A stretch of 64,000 nucleotides of DNA from Eledone cirrhosa (GCA_964016885.1 OZ024749.1:50034001-50098000); one strand, 5' to 3'; positions 32,249-48,155 are shown, counted from the stretch's first letter. Program-made: numbers and translations. The notes: generated by a model from the sequence alone, not told the origin.

Positions 32249-32830
32249 GATAGTATAGATTTCTGGAAACATTTAATAAAATTACGCTAGTTTATTTACA
32301 TATAATTTTCCTTCTGTTTGCATTGTAAGGATGCACTAAAAGATATATATATAATGCATATATATATAATTTCATTATAGATGTAGTACTTCGTACTTAC
32401 AACAATATTTTCCTTTAAGCTTCCTCTCCACTTGGTCACTCTAGTTTGTCAGTTACATCTGAAGATGTACAATATTTCATGATATTTTGCTATATTCAAT
32501 ATAATTGTATCCGTGTTTCTGTTATCTATATTGGTATTTTTATTGAATCATTTGTTAGGTTATTAAGTGGTTTAAGAAAGCTATCCTTTCATCCTATTTG
32601 TCTGTATATGCTTTTTATTTTTGGTTGACACTTTCTTTCCTTTCAAACACAACATATATTCTATATTTCTATCTATAATGACAAAAACATATTTAGCTTA
32701 AATATATTATTAATTGGTAATTTTTCATCGGGATTGGTTACAACTACAAACACACGCACAAATACTAACTCACATGAGCATTCACATACACACTCACGTA
32801 CACACGCACATACACACACACACACACACA

Positions 32831-32880
<50 letters not shown>

Positions 32881-33648
32881 AATATATATATATATATAAA
32901 TGTACACAATTTCAGGGTTTAGACCTGCAAAAACACCAAATACATATTTCCTAAGAATGTCATTTATAATTGTTTCATCATATGTTCTTGACTGGACATG
33001 GTAATACTTATTTCACATTTTTACATGCTTCTTTATATACTAAAACTACGTAAATTCATATACACATCAATCAGGTTATTTGATTCTGTACGTATACAGA
33101 TATCACTTTATTATAATAAGTTGGTGCTTAGAGCATATATTAAGATATGTCTATCATAACTTTAGAGTTTTAATTTAAAGGCTTCCCCCAAAATAAGGAG
33201 GAATTACCGGGGTTGTTATTTTTGAGAAATAGAGATATTGGGGATATTTCAAAAATGTAGTATTCTAAGTTAGATTTCATTTTCGGAATTTAAGAGATGT
33301 TAATATGCTTTCTAAATATACCTTTGAAAATTATGAATTTCAATTAACACTTAATATCTTCCGATATTAACAATAATTCAAATAGTAATTTTGAAGTCAC
33401 TTCATTCCATAATGGATGTATTCTACCCAACAAAACATTGTAAATATAATTAATACTCTGACAGATATATTGCTATGTTTGCATACCTAATTCTCATAGA
33501 ATCATTGAATCCATTCATTTACCGTAGTTAACTTAGTTTAAGTTGTAAATGACAACATATTGCAACTAATAGATTCCAAAATTGAACCTACTGGGTTACA
33601 TATCGTATAGATGGAAAAAAATAAACCACTCTCCCTTTGTCGGAACTT

Positions 33649-33854
33649 TGATTTAAAATGAGTAATAGAAAATGCATGATAATCTATCATAAATATCATA
33701 TATGGAAGTATATATATGTATATGTACCTATGTTTTGAAATGATATATGTTTGCATATATAATTCACAAAACATAGGTATATATAGATATATATACTTCC
33801 ATATGAATATTTATGATATATTCCCATGCATTTTCTATTACTAATTTTAAATCA
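33649..33854. repeat. Imperfect ~205-bp fold-back (MITE-like or inverted duplication)
   Basis: TGATTTAAAA..AGTAATAGAAAATGCATG..TATGGAAGTATATAT..TACCTATGTTTTG is mirrored by CAAAACATAGGTA..ATATATACTTCCATA..CATGCATTTTCTATTACT..TTTTAAATCA. Confidence 0.75.
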
Positions 33855-33860
33855 TAAAGT

Positions 33861-34241
33861 GGAAGCGCGTGGGTGAGTGTGGAGGTTCGTGGGTGAGTGG
33901 TTAGAGAACTGGATTCACAATCGTGATGTTCTGAGTTCGATTCCCGAACCCGGCAATGCGTTATGTCCTTGACACTTCATTTCACATTGCTCCTTTTACC
34001 TGGAGTTGCGACCGATAGATAGTATTAGCAATTGGAAAGACCACTGAAAACATTGTAAGAAGGCACGTGGCTGAGTGGTAAGAGAATTGAACTCTCAATC
34101 GTCAGGTTGTGAGTTAGATTCCTGGACCGGGCGATGCGTTATGTCCTTGGGCAAGACCCTTTATTTCACGTTGCTCCTTCTACCTGGAGTTGCGACCGAT
34201 AAATAGCAATAGCAATTGAAAACACCAATGGAAAACATTGT
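33861..34241 (+). mobile_element. Head-to-tail dimer of a second tRNA-derived SINE family
   Basis: Two ~180-bp units (33881-34056 and 34057-34241). Each has an A box (TGGCTGAGTGG), a B box (GAGTTCGATTCC), GTTATGTCCTTG and the same 3' sequence ending GAAAACATTGT. Confidence 0.75.
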
Positions 34242-34746
34242 TTCCTCGGTCCGATTTGACGAAAGTCAATCGACTTTCATACGTTTGCATATGCTAACCT
34301 GTATGATCACCTGTATTTTTTATATATGTATATATGTATATGTGTACTTGAATCTATATGTGGGTGTGCATGCATGATATGTATTTACGTTCATACGCAT
34401 ATATGGTAAGCTGTGGGTGGCGTAACCAGATTATACGATGAATTATGTATGTATATATTCATTATCGTAGAAAGGCTCCTTTCAAGAAGTCCATTATACA
34501 TACTCGTTCAACCAATGATACGGCGAGTGAGACGAAATGAAGCAATTCATATGCTAGAATGTTATAATATATTCACATACACATACGCAACATACACCCA
34601 CACAAACACACTCAAGTACAAACACACATATCCCACTTCATGTTCTATTCGCAATACGCAATATATATGAAGACGTGTTAGGACTTGAATAGGGATATCA
34701 CTCCAGTTTTGTCTTAAGGTGTATTGTTTACGTATTAATTAATAAA

Positions 34747-34945
34747 AGGCGGTGTATTGGCAGTATCGGCAGAGGGTCGGACGCCATGCTTTGACATATA
34801 GAGTTATGGCCCTTGCCATTCTGAGTTCAAATCCCGCAGAGGTTACCTTTGCCTTTCATCCTTACAATGTCGATAAAATAAAGAACCAGTAATACAGTGA
34901 GTAATTGCTGGCCTTGTGCCAACTGTAGAAACAATTAATATTATA
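34747..34945 (+). mobile_element. tRNA-derived SINE
   Basis: Full-length match to the main family. Confidence 0.85.
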
Positions 34946-36216
34946 TTCGAAAGTATTTTATTAAAATCACCAACAGATATCTCCGATTATCTGCTCATAT
35001 CTGGGGAACGGATAGTGATACAAATTTAAAGGCATATAGAAAATATCGAACGTCCTATATATTTGGATATCACGCGTTGCATTCGGATAAGTGGGCAGCG
35101 ACTAGAAACAAAATGGAAATAATATAATAATTGTTTCTAGATATAACGATATCTTCTTCGCTCCGCCCATACTCATCTTTATTTATCGTATATTCAGAAA
35201 GCTTTTATGTCATAAAGGCTCTTATGAATCAACTATTTCTAATGTATGTGAATTATATATATGAATAGAATAAGGTTTGAAAGAAAACTAAATTGCTAAG
35301 CATCATTCAGCAGGAAAGTTTCTGTTTCTTTCTTTGCATCAGCTGCGAGCTTTAAGCAATTATTTAAATTTCATTGAGAAATGACAAATACTGAAACTAT
35401 ATATTATTTGAATGACATAAACATACCATATAACCAGTTATCTATATATCAAACAATACAACGTGGTTTATTATGAACTTAGCCTTCTACAATTTGAATA
35501 CTGAACCCAAACCACAAGAAGCATTACCGGAAAATATCCCAGATGCCTGAGAGTTACGCTGGATTTACATATTTATACTTAATGTTCAACCACATTCATA
35601 TAGTATCAATATAATTAGTAATTTGTCTCCAATAATTTAGCGGTAAGTACTCAACATTTTGTCTCAGGATCTGCTATATAATACAATGCAACGTTTTGAT
35701 CATTTAATTTAAATCAACATTGCACTCAGAATGTATATATATACTTATCCGCTAATCTTTACCTTTTATTATTCTACTCTTCCTCATGTTAACCAGCTTC
35801 GATGGATAGTATTCTTATTAACGACTTAATGAGATGGTGCAGACTCCTGCAAATGTATTAGAGAATTTCACAAATAATATATCGAATGTGAATTTACTGA
35901 TGGTACAACAGATCTCAGAGCCCAATGACATAACAGAACAAAGGGTGATTTTGAAATAAGGTATTGTGAAACAAATCATATATTATCTCCAAACACTGTT
36001 CTGGAATATGAGCAAAATTGATAAATAATTAAACATGATTTATCTGCATATATGTAAAATGTCATATGCATGTAAATTTAACTGCTATAATTCTTCTTCT
36101 AATCGAATAAATCAATATTTTAGGCATATACGTAAAATATATTTAGAATATTTCCTCTCTCAACAAGATGGTATTCACACATTCTGAAATACAAATACAC
36201 GCACACATACATATGC

Positions 36217-36251
<35 letters not shown>

Positions 36252-36317
36252 CGTGTGTATGTGTGTGTGTGTATGTGTGCGTGTGTGTGTGCGTGCGTGT
36301 GCATAACACAGTAATGC

Positions 36318-36558
<241 letters not shown>

Positions 36559-38197
36559 GTATTTCTGCTTATATAGATTTTAAATTTTTACAAAATGCAT
36601 TGGGCTGGAAATTGATAAAATAATTGATTTTTATTGTTTCAATTGATTTGAATATTTCATCAAGTAACATTTTGAAAAACGCTGAGATCATTGACTATCA
36701 TGCCGGTGCTTTATATATACGTATGCCATTAGTTTTGCAGTAGTTTCTTATATTGCTGTCATTGAATTTTTTATAGAAATATAATATTAATATTAAGAAG
36801 AGTGTAAGCTATTGGTTGAAACAATGTGAAATAAAATAAAAACAAAATATTTCAAAATAGTAAACTGGAAGATAGCACATTTACTACCGTACATTACTAC
36901 TAAACATTCCGTTAGGCTAAGTGCTTTGCATTAGCTTACAATCTTGAAATGATAATATTAAATAAAAAAAATGTAGACGAGACAAAACTACCAAAGTACA
37001 TTCGCGCATGATTTGCTTCTGTTTACTGAAGCATATCCCGATATAAAATAACACAAAACACATGGAAGCAATCAAGAAACACACGGCATTTACTGTTCAA
37101 GTTAAATTAACTGGGGCATGTCAGATAACGTTGTTGAAGCGGCGACATTTTTTTTCTAAATATTTACTTCAAGATACTGAAAAGTAATTTTGAAGCATTA
37201 ACAGCATAACACGATCACAACAAAAAACATACATTGTCATTAAATTGGATATTAACATACTTCAGTTCTTTTTTTAATTCTTGAAATATCTGACATATTG
37301 TAAGTGCTAAGTAAAATATCTGTAGACGTGAGCAAGAAGGGAAAGTTTAAGTTGATACTTGACCATCAAGAATTATAAGTCAAATGTTCGTAATATCATA
37401 GTCTACCGCGTTAAACGTTGTATAAATCATTCCAGTATATGAATGTTAGATATTACATGTATGAAAATCGAAATAGACGTTAGAATGAATTAAACTGTGA
37501 TCAATTTCTTTTGTTGAATAAGCCAAGAGCAAGAACTAAAAATTCTACTTCTTCACTAGAAGAATAGTTCAATAATAACAATCATTGTCTGTTTATGTTA
37601 TCGAATAGTTTGCAGAGTTAAATGTTTCATACCATCGCTTGTTGGTGGGTGACTTAAAAGGTATTTTTTCACGTGTTTACATTTTCTATAAATTTGAGTC
37701 TTAGGCTGCTCTGTATACTCGTACGTATCTGTATAACATGGACATATTATAGCAACCTTTACACACGTATAAAAAAATCAAATGCTGTTGGCTTAATGTA
37801 TATAAGGCAAACTTGACCTAACAATCCATGTTCCTCTCGGGCCGAGGATATAAATACCAAGGATATATGAATTGTAATGTTGTCGACTACACACATCTCA
37901 TTTGATTACAGCTATTTTCCTTGTGCAAGTTATTTCGGGATTTGTACAATGAAGTACAATGTAACCGTGTATACAGATATGTAGAATAAGATATGTTGTG
38001 TTACCTATACTTTGATTTGATTAAGTAATATTGGAATCGTTAGTATAAGGTAGCAGTTTTAGTGTTAGTAATTTGGCTGTCCGTGTTTCGTAACCATGTG
38101 CAATTTTTGGTAATAATGTATTCATGATGTAAAGATGCACCCATTTTGATCAACTGTAAACAAACACGTACATATATACGTATATGTAATTAACATA

Positions 38198-38240
<43 letters not shown>

Positions 38241-38242
<2 letters not shown>

Positions 38243-38440
38243 TAATAATAATACATTTATAACTAAATTCCAAAGAGGGCTCGATAAGGATAAATATATA
38301 TCAAATATATAACAACCGTAGATCATATATTGAAAAGTATATTATATTGGAAAAGTAAATAACAGCAACAAGGAGTACCGTTACGAAAGGTGCTAGGTAC
38401 TAGGTTCACCTTTCGTAACTGTACTCCTTGTTGTTATTAT
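38241..38440 (-). mobile_element. Family D fragment followed by a ~30-bp-arm hairpin
   Basis: CCAAAGAGGGCTCGATAAGGATAAATATATATCAAATATATAA matches family D. CAACAAGGAGTAC.GTTACGAAAGGTG is inverted at 38407-38433. Confidence 0.6.
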
Positions 38441-38487
38441 ATTTTTTTCCGTGTTTTTTGCAGCAAGCTTACACGCCGATCTACGTC

Positions 38488-38572
<85 letters not shown>

Positions 38573-39470
38573 CAGTTGGAATGGTGTGGGACAAAACGAA
38601 GATAAATATTCACCTATACTTATAGAATGACAAAATGAATTATATTTAAGTGAAATACAATGTTTCGACAACGATTTCTTCTCCATTTGTGTCTTCTCCT
38701 AAGAGAATAATCATAATTTATACAGTTTCCATTATATTTCTCTGAAAATGAAATATTGCAAATATTCTAATATTGGTGTACATAAATGTTGTTTTTTCTT
38801 TTTCTTTTCAAAACACTGGAAGTTATTACTCCAGCAAAAAAATACTTAATATTTCATTTCCTTGATATAAGATTTTCTTGTGTATTGAGAATGTTCAATC
38901 ATTTGCGTTTTAGTTAACGCTTTATGTCCTCTGAGAATTTCCATGCGATTTCCTACAAAGTTATACTTTCAACGTTACATATTTTGTGGGATTCGTATCA
39001 ATTCTCGCATATAATTTGTGATATATTTTCTCTATTTCCACACGCCTTATTCCGCAGTTCCATTAAGCAGTAAACCTCAATTTGTTATGCCTCCTGGAAA
39101 TGTACGTTTGTTCTTTTTTCTGTCTCATTTGTTCTGCTTCTAATGTTAGTTTTGTTTTTAACGAAAGTTTACGTAAAATATATACACAATGCTTCTAGCC
39201 GATATTTTTTCACATATTTTACTTAATGAAGCTCGATATATCAATTATTGGGTGTATATTTGTTATGCTATATATTTCTGTTTTCAAACACCATAGAACA
39301 TATAATGAATATATGTTTGCTTACATATGTATCATTCATGTGTTTTGGAAGTGCAACGTTGATTTCGTGAAATGTTCTTCCTCTTCATAATTCCATGCCT
39401 CGATTTAACGAAACATACTAGTGTGCATTTTCAAATGAATGCAATCGTCTTCTGTGTGTGTGATTGTGTG

Positions 39471-39567
<97 letters not shown>

Positions 39568-39877
39568 CGTGGGTGTGTGTGGTGAGTGTGTGATTGTGTG
39601 TGGGTGTTGTGTGGGTTTGTGTGTGTCTCAGAGCGAGAGGGATTTTGTGATATTACGTGGAGAAATTTCATCTGTCGTAGTGAAGAAAATATTTTTATGA
39701 TCATTCCTCTACTGCTTTTTTATAAATTGTATTCACCAGCTTCCAGAAGTTGTTCTTATGGACTTGCCGTACTGAATACTCTTTACTTATGTGCATTTCT
39801 CTGAAACAGATAATTATTGAACATCATAAAAACAAATTCTATTCATAACAACAATTCCTCTTATTGCTACTATTTCC

Positions 39878-40320
39878 AGTGGATTGGCAGCGAGTGTAGG
39901 GCGTCAGGCAGCATGCTCGGTGGCATATAGAGGCATATATACGTCTTAATTTCGGTGGCATATATACATTTTATTTTCAAATTTCGCCGAATTTATATTG
40001 GCCTATCACGCTTACTTGGTCGATAAAATAAAGTACTATTTACGCACTGGTGTCGATTTAATCAACTTTCCCCTGCCATTCAAATTGCTGCCCTTGTGTT
40101 TCAAGAAGAAAGAATTACTATCCAGTATCGGTGGAGGGTCGGACGCCATGCTTTCCAGCAAAGTTACGTCTATTTACGGTCTGAGTTCAAATTCCGTCGA
40201 GGTTAACTTTGCCTTTCATCCGTATGGGGTCGAGAAAATAAAGTACCAGTAATGCACTGGTAAAATGTCTGACATTGTGCCAAAAGTAGAAACAATTATT
40301 ATTATTATTATTATTATTAT
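39878..40320 (+). mobile_element. Two adjacent SINEs (older long-tail copy ~39878-40120; main-family copy ~40121-40320)
   Basis: Two sets of head and GTCGATAAAATAAAGTAC central motifs; the second copy has an (ATT)n tail. Confidence 0.75.
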
Positions 40321-41432
40321 ACATGTGGACAATAAATGAAACCATTATTACACATGTCGATATTTATGAATTTGGTGTTATGAAATTATAATGGCAATGC
40401 CATATCGAATGACTGAATTATATCACTGACAGCTATTTTGAATTTGGACGGTTTAAATTCACTACAGATTGAAATATGCACTGATGAGTATAATGTTAAT
40501 AATATATTTTGGCTGAATATATCCGTTCCGCTCATCTAGATACGCCACGTCACTACTATTGCCATTAAATAATTCAGACAAAATTCTTTTATATAATTCG
40601 AGAAGAGTTTTCTTATAACTGGATATGTTTCTAAATCAAAGTTTCGAATTATTATATTGTAATATAATAAGTTTATATGAATACATTTATTGTCTGATGA
40701 CAGAAGTTAAATTCTTCTCATTTACTATGAGAGACCAACCACATTACCCCTCCCAAAGCCTCTAATAGGATTAGGGTGTATGATGTCCACAACATCAGAT
40801 TGGCGGTGATAACTCAGCATGTGTTTTGCAGTATGCTCTGGCAAGCTAAACTGAACTTACATGAAAGAAGCAGTCATGGTGTTACGTAATTCCATTATAT
40901 TTAATGAAACCTGTACGTGACTTCTCTCTTCCTCTCCATCACTATTTATATGATGGTAATCCCAATTATGACGTAGGAAAGAAGAGGTTCGCTTATATCT
41001 GGTAGAATGTTTTTCATTTCCATGTTCCTCCTTTATAAATCCACACGTTTTATCTACCAACTAAGTCTATTTAATGGTCGCGATTTTCAGTGGCCTGCTG
41101 CAAAGAAATCCGAGTAATGACATCGCGATTAAGGAAGAGATGATATGTATTTTTAATGCATGTTGCTTCGTGAATCATTGTACTTACTTCGTTTTAACAC
41201 AATTGCACATTAGCCACGGGTTCTAATCGCCAAATGTTGTACGAGAGTGTGGAGTTTATTTAGGCGTTTTTCCTCACTTTTTTTATATATACGTATTTTA
41301 AACATATTTGTAAATAAAAAAAAAACATTCGTCTATTGTTTCACAAGACATACTATCTAAATATCTATCTATGTAACCATATTTCTCTCACTCTCTCTCT
41401 TTTCTCTCTGTATTCATACATATATCCACATG

Positions 41433-41496
<64 letters not shown>

Positions 41497-41521
41497 TACA
41501 CACCATATGTGTATGTGTATA

Positions 41522-41623
<102 letters not shown>

Positions 41624-41626
41624 ATG

Positions 41627-41687
<61 letters not shown>

Positions 41688-42423
41688 TATATGCTTTCAT
41701 TCAAAATTATTTTCTGAATAATTGGATAGATTTTATTGGAAAGAGATGTAACGGAAAAAGAAGGATATGTGCTGAATAAATTTTAACATGAATTATAATT
41801 TTCTAATTCATTTTTTATTACGAAGTGATTTCAATAATTATATCATCATCACTACCATACTGCTTCTATCACCACCACCAATACCACCAACAACCAAATA
41901 CTACTTCAATAACCATAATAATAAACAGAGAATAACTCAACCATAAAGAAGAAACACAAAAAAAATGACAATCATATTTCTCAATAATGTTGTACAGTAA
42001 TGTCAAGTTTAATGTGTGATTAAGCATAACGAAGAGAGCAATGAAGCGTATGATATTTTCGGTTCTAAAATAGAATACAAGGTAAACATGAAGCAACAAA
42101 ATTGTGGTCATGTGAAAAGATGAAAAGTACATCCCCCATTTTGACCACCCCCTATCAATAATATGACCGCTATTTCTAGTGTGCTTGACATTTGTTGTCA
42201 CTGTTGACACTCATTATACGAGGGAGATATCTGTTTTGGATGGAAACAAAAGCAGTTGAAATTCCTTAAAAATATTTAATGAAATATTTTCCTCGAAATA
42301 TATTCAACAGTATTCAATTGTGTCGTGGTTCAATCCTTGCTATTCATCATTATTGCAACAACTATGATGAAACGAATACGTATTCTATTATTTTGTCAAT
42401 TAATATATATTTGCTCCCACCAG

Positions 42424-42500
<77 letters not shown>

Positions 42501-42561
42501 GAAATAAAGTTAAGTAAATTTAAATAAAAAGTCAAATGTCTAAAATTTAGCTTCGTTTATT

Positions 42562-42614
42562 ACTGCTATATATTTCAGTGACAGCCATCTTTGGCTGTGA
42601 CCTCTTCAGGTAGT
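42562..42614 (-). ncRNA. Minimal type I hammerhead ribozyme in a 135-bp TA-flanked island (42501-42636)
   Basis: ACUAC-CUGAAGA-GGUCACAGCCA-AAGA-UGGCUGUCACU-GAAA-UAUA-UA-GCAGU, then AAUAAA. One mismatch each in stems I and II. Confidence 0.75.
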
Positions 42615-42632
42615 CTGAATTGGTGTGGTACT

Positions 42633-42714
<82 letters not shown>

Positions 42715-43087
42715 GTATGTATGCACGCATTTATGTATCAGCTATACTTGGGTGAGAAATGAAACTCTAATTTTATTTATATATATGTATGTATATTTAA
42801 ATATATAGAAGAGGAATAATTTAAACACTTAATATTTAAGCATATGTTTCACTCTGTACTGACACTTATCTAATTGCATGCTATTTGCACATTAGTTTTA
42901 CTACATACTGCTACATAATATATCATAATATTGCCTTTATGAATCTAATCGAATTAGTTTTGTTGTAGACATGAAGGTGACTGGTGCGAATAAAATATCA
43001 TCAACCCCACCAATGGGTATTAACAAATCTAAATTTATTCGAGAAAGTTGCTGCGGAATCATTCGGCTATATTCATTCCATATTTGG

Positions 43088-43255
43088 AAAATATTATTAT
43101 AATTCTGTCCAGCATAGTTACGTCCTTTTACGATCTGAGTTCAAGTCCCGCCGAGGTTGACTTTGCCTTTCAACCTTACGGGAACGATAAAATAAAGTAC
43201 CAGTAATGTACTGGATAGTTGCTGGCCTTGTGCCTAAAGTAGAAACAATTATTAT
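43088..43255 (+). mobile_element. 5'-truncated SINE
   Basis: B box and 3' half of the main family. Confidence 0.85.
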
Positions 43256-43317
43256 AAATGTTTCTAAAGTGGTACTATATGTCTTCTTCCTTATCTCTGT
43301 TTCTCTCTCTCTCTCTA

Positions 43318-43364
<47 letters not shown>

Positions 43365-43376
43365 TTAATATAGAAG

Positions 43377-43427
43377 AGATTCTACAGGACTAGAACTGTT
43401 TCATTCATTAGAAATCATCAGGAATCT
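43377..43427 (-). ncRNA. Type I hammerhead ribozyme with complete stems I and III, in a TA-flanked island (43361-43534)
   Basis: AGAUUC-CUGAUGA-UUUC-UAAU-GAAU-GAAA-CAG-UUCUAGUC-CUG-UA-GAAUCU: perfect 6-bp stem I, 4-bp stem III and a GUA cleavage triplet. Confidence 0.85.
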
Positions 43428-43533
43428 GGGTATCAAAAAATAAATATGGTATTTATAGGTCTCTACAAGTGGTAGGAGAGGGTGGGGAGTGGGATGGGTG
43501 CAGGTCATTGGTTGATATTCAAGCCGGAATAAC

Positions 43534-43584
<51 letters not shown>

Positions 43585-43720
43585 AAATCATTAATCTTAA
43601 ACATGAATGTCTTAAATGCTGTCTCCAGTATCATTTTCAAGAAGTAATAAACACCTTAATGCCTATCTCTCTCCCTGTTTCTCTCTATGTAAGCACACCA
43701 CACACACAAACGCACACACA

Positions 43721-43760
<40 letters not shown>

Positions 43761-44573
43761 TAGATGAGTATTGACGTTTGTACGTCAATACTCACCTTTT
43801 TCCATTTATCTGAGGGTTCTAAACCCCATTATCAGGCTAAAATTCCTTTAGTCAAAAATACGGTGAAAGCTATTCTATTTTCTAATTATATATATATATA
43901 CCTGGATGAACACGTGCCAGTATATGCATAGCATCGAGCCTGATAGTTTTACATGTCTATTAGATGTTTTTTCTATCCATGCAGCATACATATAAAATAG
44001 TTGTTACATGGCCAACGTTAGAATGAAATGATTTATTATGTAACAAGTGTGTATATTGTTTTCCCTCATTTGGCAGAAAATGATTTAATCCTGTTATAGA
44101 TAATTATATAATAACCAGTTGTGAGTGTCTCTTTTTAAATCTATGAATCCGCCTTTAAAATCTGCGAATATATCTTTAATATCTTTAACATAGTTTATTT
44201 CTAAGGAAAGTGTAAGGTTACAGCTATAGCATTAAATCATCGCTCCTATGTTGTTCCAGAATATACTGTGGCATACATTTTGAAAAATATATTATAACTA
44301 TTTCAATGATTTAATAGTAATATTTCAATGAGTCAACCTATATCCAGTAGCAAAAAAAAAAATAACGCTTCCATAGTTATAGATTACAATGAAAGAACGA
44401 ATAAATTGTAAACAACAATTCACTAAGAATCAAACGCATGTGTGAATGCTGCTCGATTTCGAAGAAAGAAAAGAGGCTACGAAATTAATTAGTATAAGAT
44501 ACAATAGTTTGATCATAACATCAAAACAAATTTCTTTTTACCTGCCTCTATCTCACTATATATATAATACATG

Positions 44574-45170
<597 letters not shown>

Positions 45171-48093
45171 TATATTAGTATTCTTTTGTTCTCCTCGATT
45201 TACCTTTTCAATTTGAAAATGCTGCTGTCATGCTTCTTAATAATTATACATTTCGAGATGTTTATAGAATCCACATTGTAAACAACCAAAGACACATACA
45301 TTAATGCATATGGAACGATGCACAGTGACACATGTACATATACACACACTCAATAATACCGTCCATCACTGTTTCACTCTTTTACTCTCTTTCAATACAT
45401 ACATGCTTGTATAAGTGTATGAGTGTGTTTTAAACATGGCATTAATGTATATTTGTACATATGTGTCTATAAATTCATTTAAAATACCCTTTTAACATGA
45501 AGCAATTTTACAAATAATTTTAATGCACAATTAATGCATTAGGAACTTCGGAATGTTGTATAAATTCATTTAAAATGTAGGTGAAGAAAATCAAATTTTA
45601 ATAATTCATTAACATTCAAAATAAAACAACAATAATGAACAAAAAATATATCATTTAGAATAACTACCTATATATGATACATATGTTGTGCTTGATATAG
45701 ACATCGCATTACGGAAAGAAACGAAACAACCTCTAGAACATTAAAGCATAGGAGCTAAGAGGAAACAGAAGGAATTATTTTACAAATAAAACCTGCATTT
45801 TATTTCCCTTTCAGTAAAAGATTACAAATGTGTCTCTTCCTCGTATTTACGTATACACGTATTCACAAATGCATACATATAAACATACACAAACATACAC
45901 AAGCAAGTGTATATATATAAAATGTTATTTATAGTTGCATATATACATGTATGAGTATACATATATATTCATATATGTGTGTGCGTATACTCACAAACAT
46001 TTTAAAATCAACACATAATTATGAATTACTAATTATGTTGTCTCTTATTTGGAAGTTTGTTCCTCGAATATAAGCTTACGTTCTGCCGCTTGATGTTCTA
46101 TCTCTTTGCACTATTTGTTTAGGGGCCCTCTGTATCTATCAGAAACTTTAATGACTGGTTCTATTATCGTTGTTTGAATCATACTACTTGCCTGCACTGC
46201 AATTATTTCTCGAGATATCTCGTCAGAAGTTGCTTCTAATTCGTTACAATCTACCTTAAATAATACTTGTTTTAAATATGCTGAGTGAATAGGTCATATG
46301 CCTGACTTATGCGAGGACATTTTAATCTACATGAACATCTCTATACCTTTTACCATTTCTCCTTCAGGATATTACAGCCGCACATTTGAATTGGCAATTG
46401 GTTATCTAATAATACTAGTGTTTTATTGTTTGCCTTTCAAATTATTATATATCAGACATTATTCTTCAGAATGTGTTCTAGAATTTGAAAGAATGACCGA
46501 CTAGGAGTCTGATAGGTTACGCTCATAACATTCCGTTCAGGGTATCTCTCTATCTTGGAAGATTTTAAGATATTCAAGTTAGATATCTTATTATGCCCTA
46601 GAAATCACCTTGCTACATCTATTCTCATTCCATGTCTTGAATTCAACTCTGAATGAAGTAAATACAGAATTGTCTACTTTTGATTTCTACAAAATTTTCT
46701 TCCATTTATAATCTTTGTAGCAACTGCAGCAGCAGCAATAGAAGCAGCAGAGTTAGTTTTTATTTCATACAACCATTTGGATCAACTGAATGATTTTGCA
46801 ATTATTACTGTTATTTCAACATGTGAAATATATTCAGATACAAGAATCCCCTCATGTTTAAATTATAAATTATTTAAATGAAAAATCCTCTAGAAATGTT
46901 ATTATATTCCGCAGATCGAATTAAATCATAGAACATGTAATCGGCTTCTGTTTAGGATTTGAGCCTGCACATATTCGCCTTCCATTAATGTATAATCCTT
47001 GGCGAATTCTTCATATTCTTAAACGTTATTTGGCGTGTTGCACATTATTCCTTTTTTGAACTTTGTATTGCAAATGTTTTCACTCAACACCTCTATAATT
47101 CTGGAGAATTCTTAACAGGATTTATAATCAATTTCGGAAGAAATAGAAACTTTGAATGAGGAAGTATGTAACGAATATTTAAAAGACTAATTACCAAAAG
47201 CCAAATTGTTGTAAACGTGTTTCTCTATTTTCTTCAGCCTATTAAATTTATCCATTTATTCTCCAACGGACTAAAACGAAAGCAGAGCGTTGTTACGTAG
47301 GGATGAAGACAATTAGAATCAGGATCGTATATACAGGAGTGCATATCTAATATATGGTGCGTTATTATATCTTGTGATTTGTCCAGGTGTGTGTTACCCC
47401 ACAAAGGAATCAAACAATGTATACATCCATAATGATATCAACCTCAGATTATTTTAATCGGGAAATATATTTTGTGAAATATCGTTTATCTAGATGTTGA
47501 TATAAGTACATAAAATAGTAAACATAAAACAATACAAACAAAATATAAAATAAATGTATATAACATAGTAACTATGAAAATACAATCCAATTTCATATTG
47601 TTTGATGTTACAATTGATTTTGTTAAATTTTATTTCCATATTGTAGGTATCAAACCCAGGAAACTTAGCAGAGGTGAACTTTTATAGATTCATGAGGTGT
47701 TAAAATAGACAGTCTTGAGTGTAAATCAATTGTCTGCATTTGAAATCGTCAAAAGCATTACAAAACCCAGTTACAAACGGTCACATAATGAAAGATATTG
47801 ATAATCGAATTGATATTTCTTTTCACAATTTGTAACGATATTTAAATATATGTTCATCCTCATTTATTTGATTTTGGCCTTATTTCTTGTTTTGTTTATT
47901 ATTGTTTTTTTTTTACATATTATCTACAGCGCTGTTGTATAAGGTAATATACACTGTTTATATTACTAATGTCTATATTACTAAAAAAAAGTTACTTACC
48001 CAGGTTGTGTCTAGTGACTGATAGCTCGAATATCTTATGGTCCTATCAAAGAGATTGCTTTGTGTGTATATATATATGTATACACACACACAT

Positions 48094-48150
<57 letters not shown>

Positions 48151-48155
<5 letters not shown>

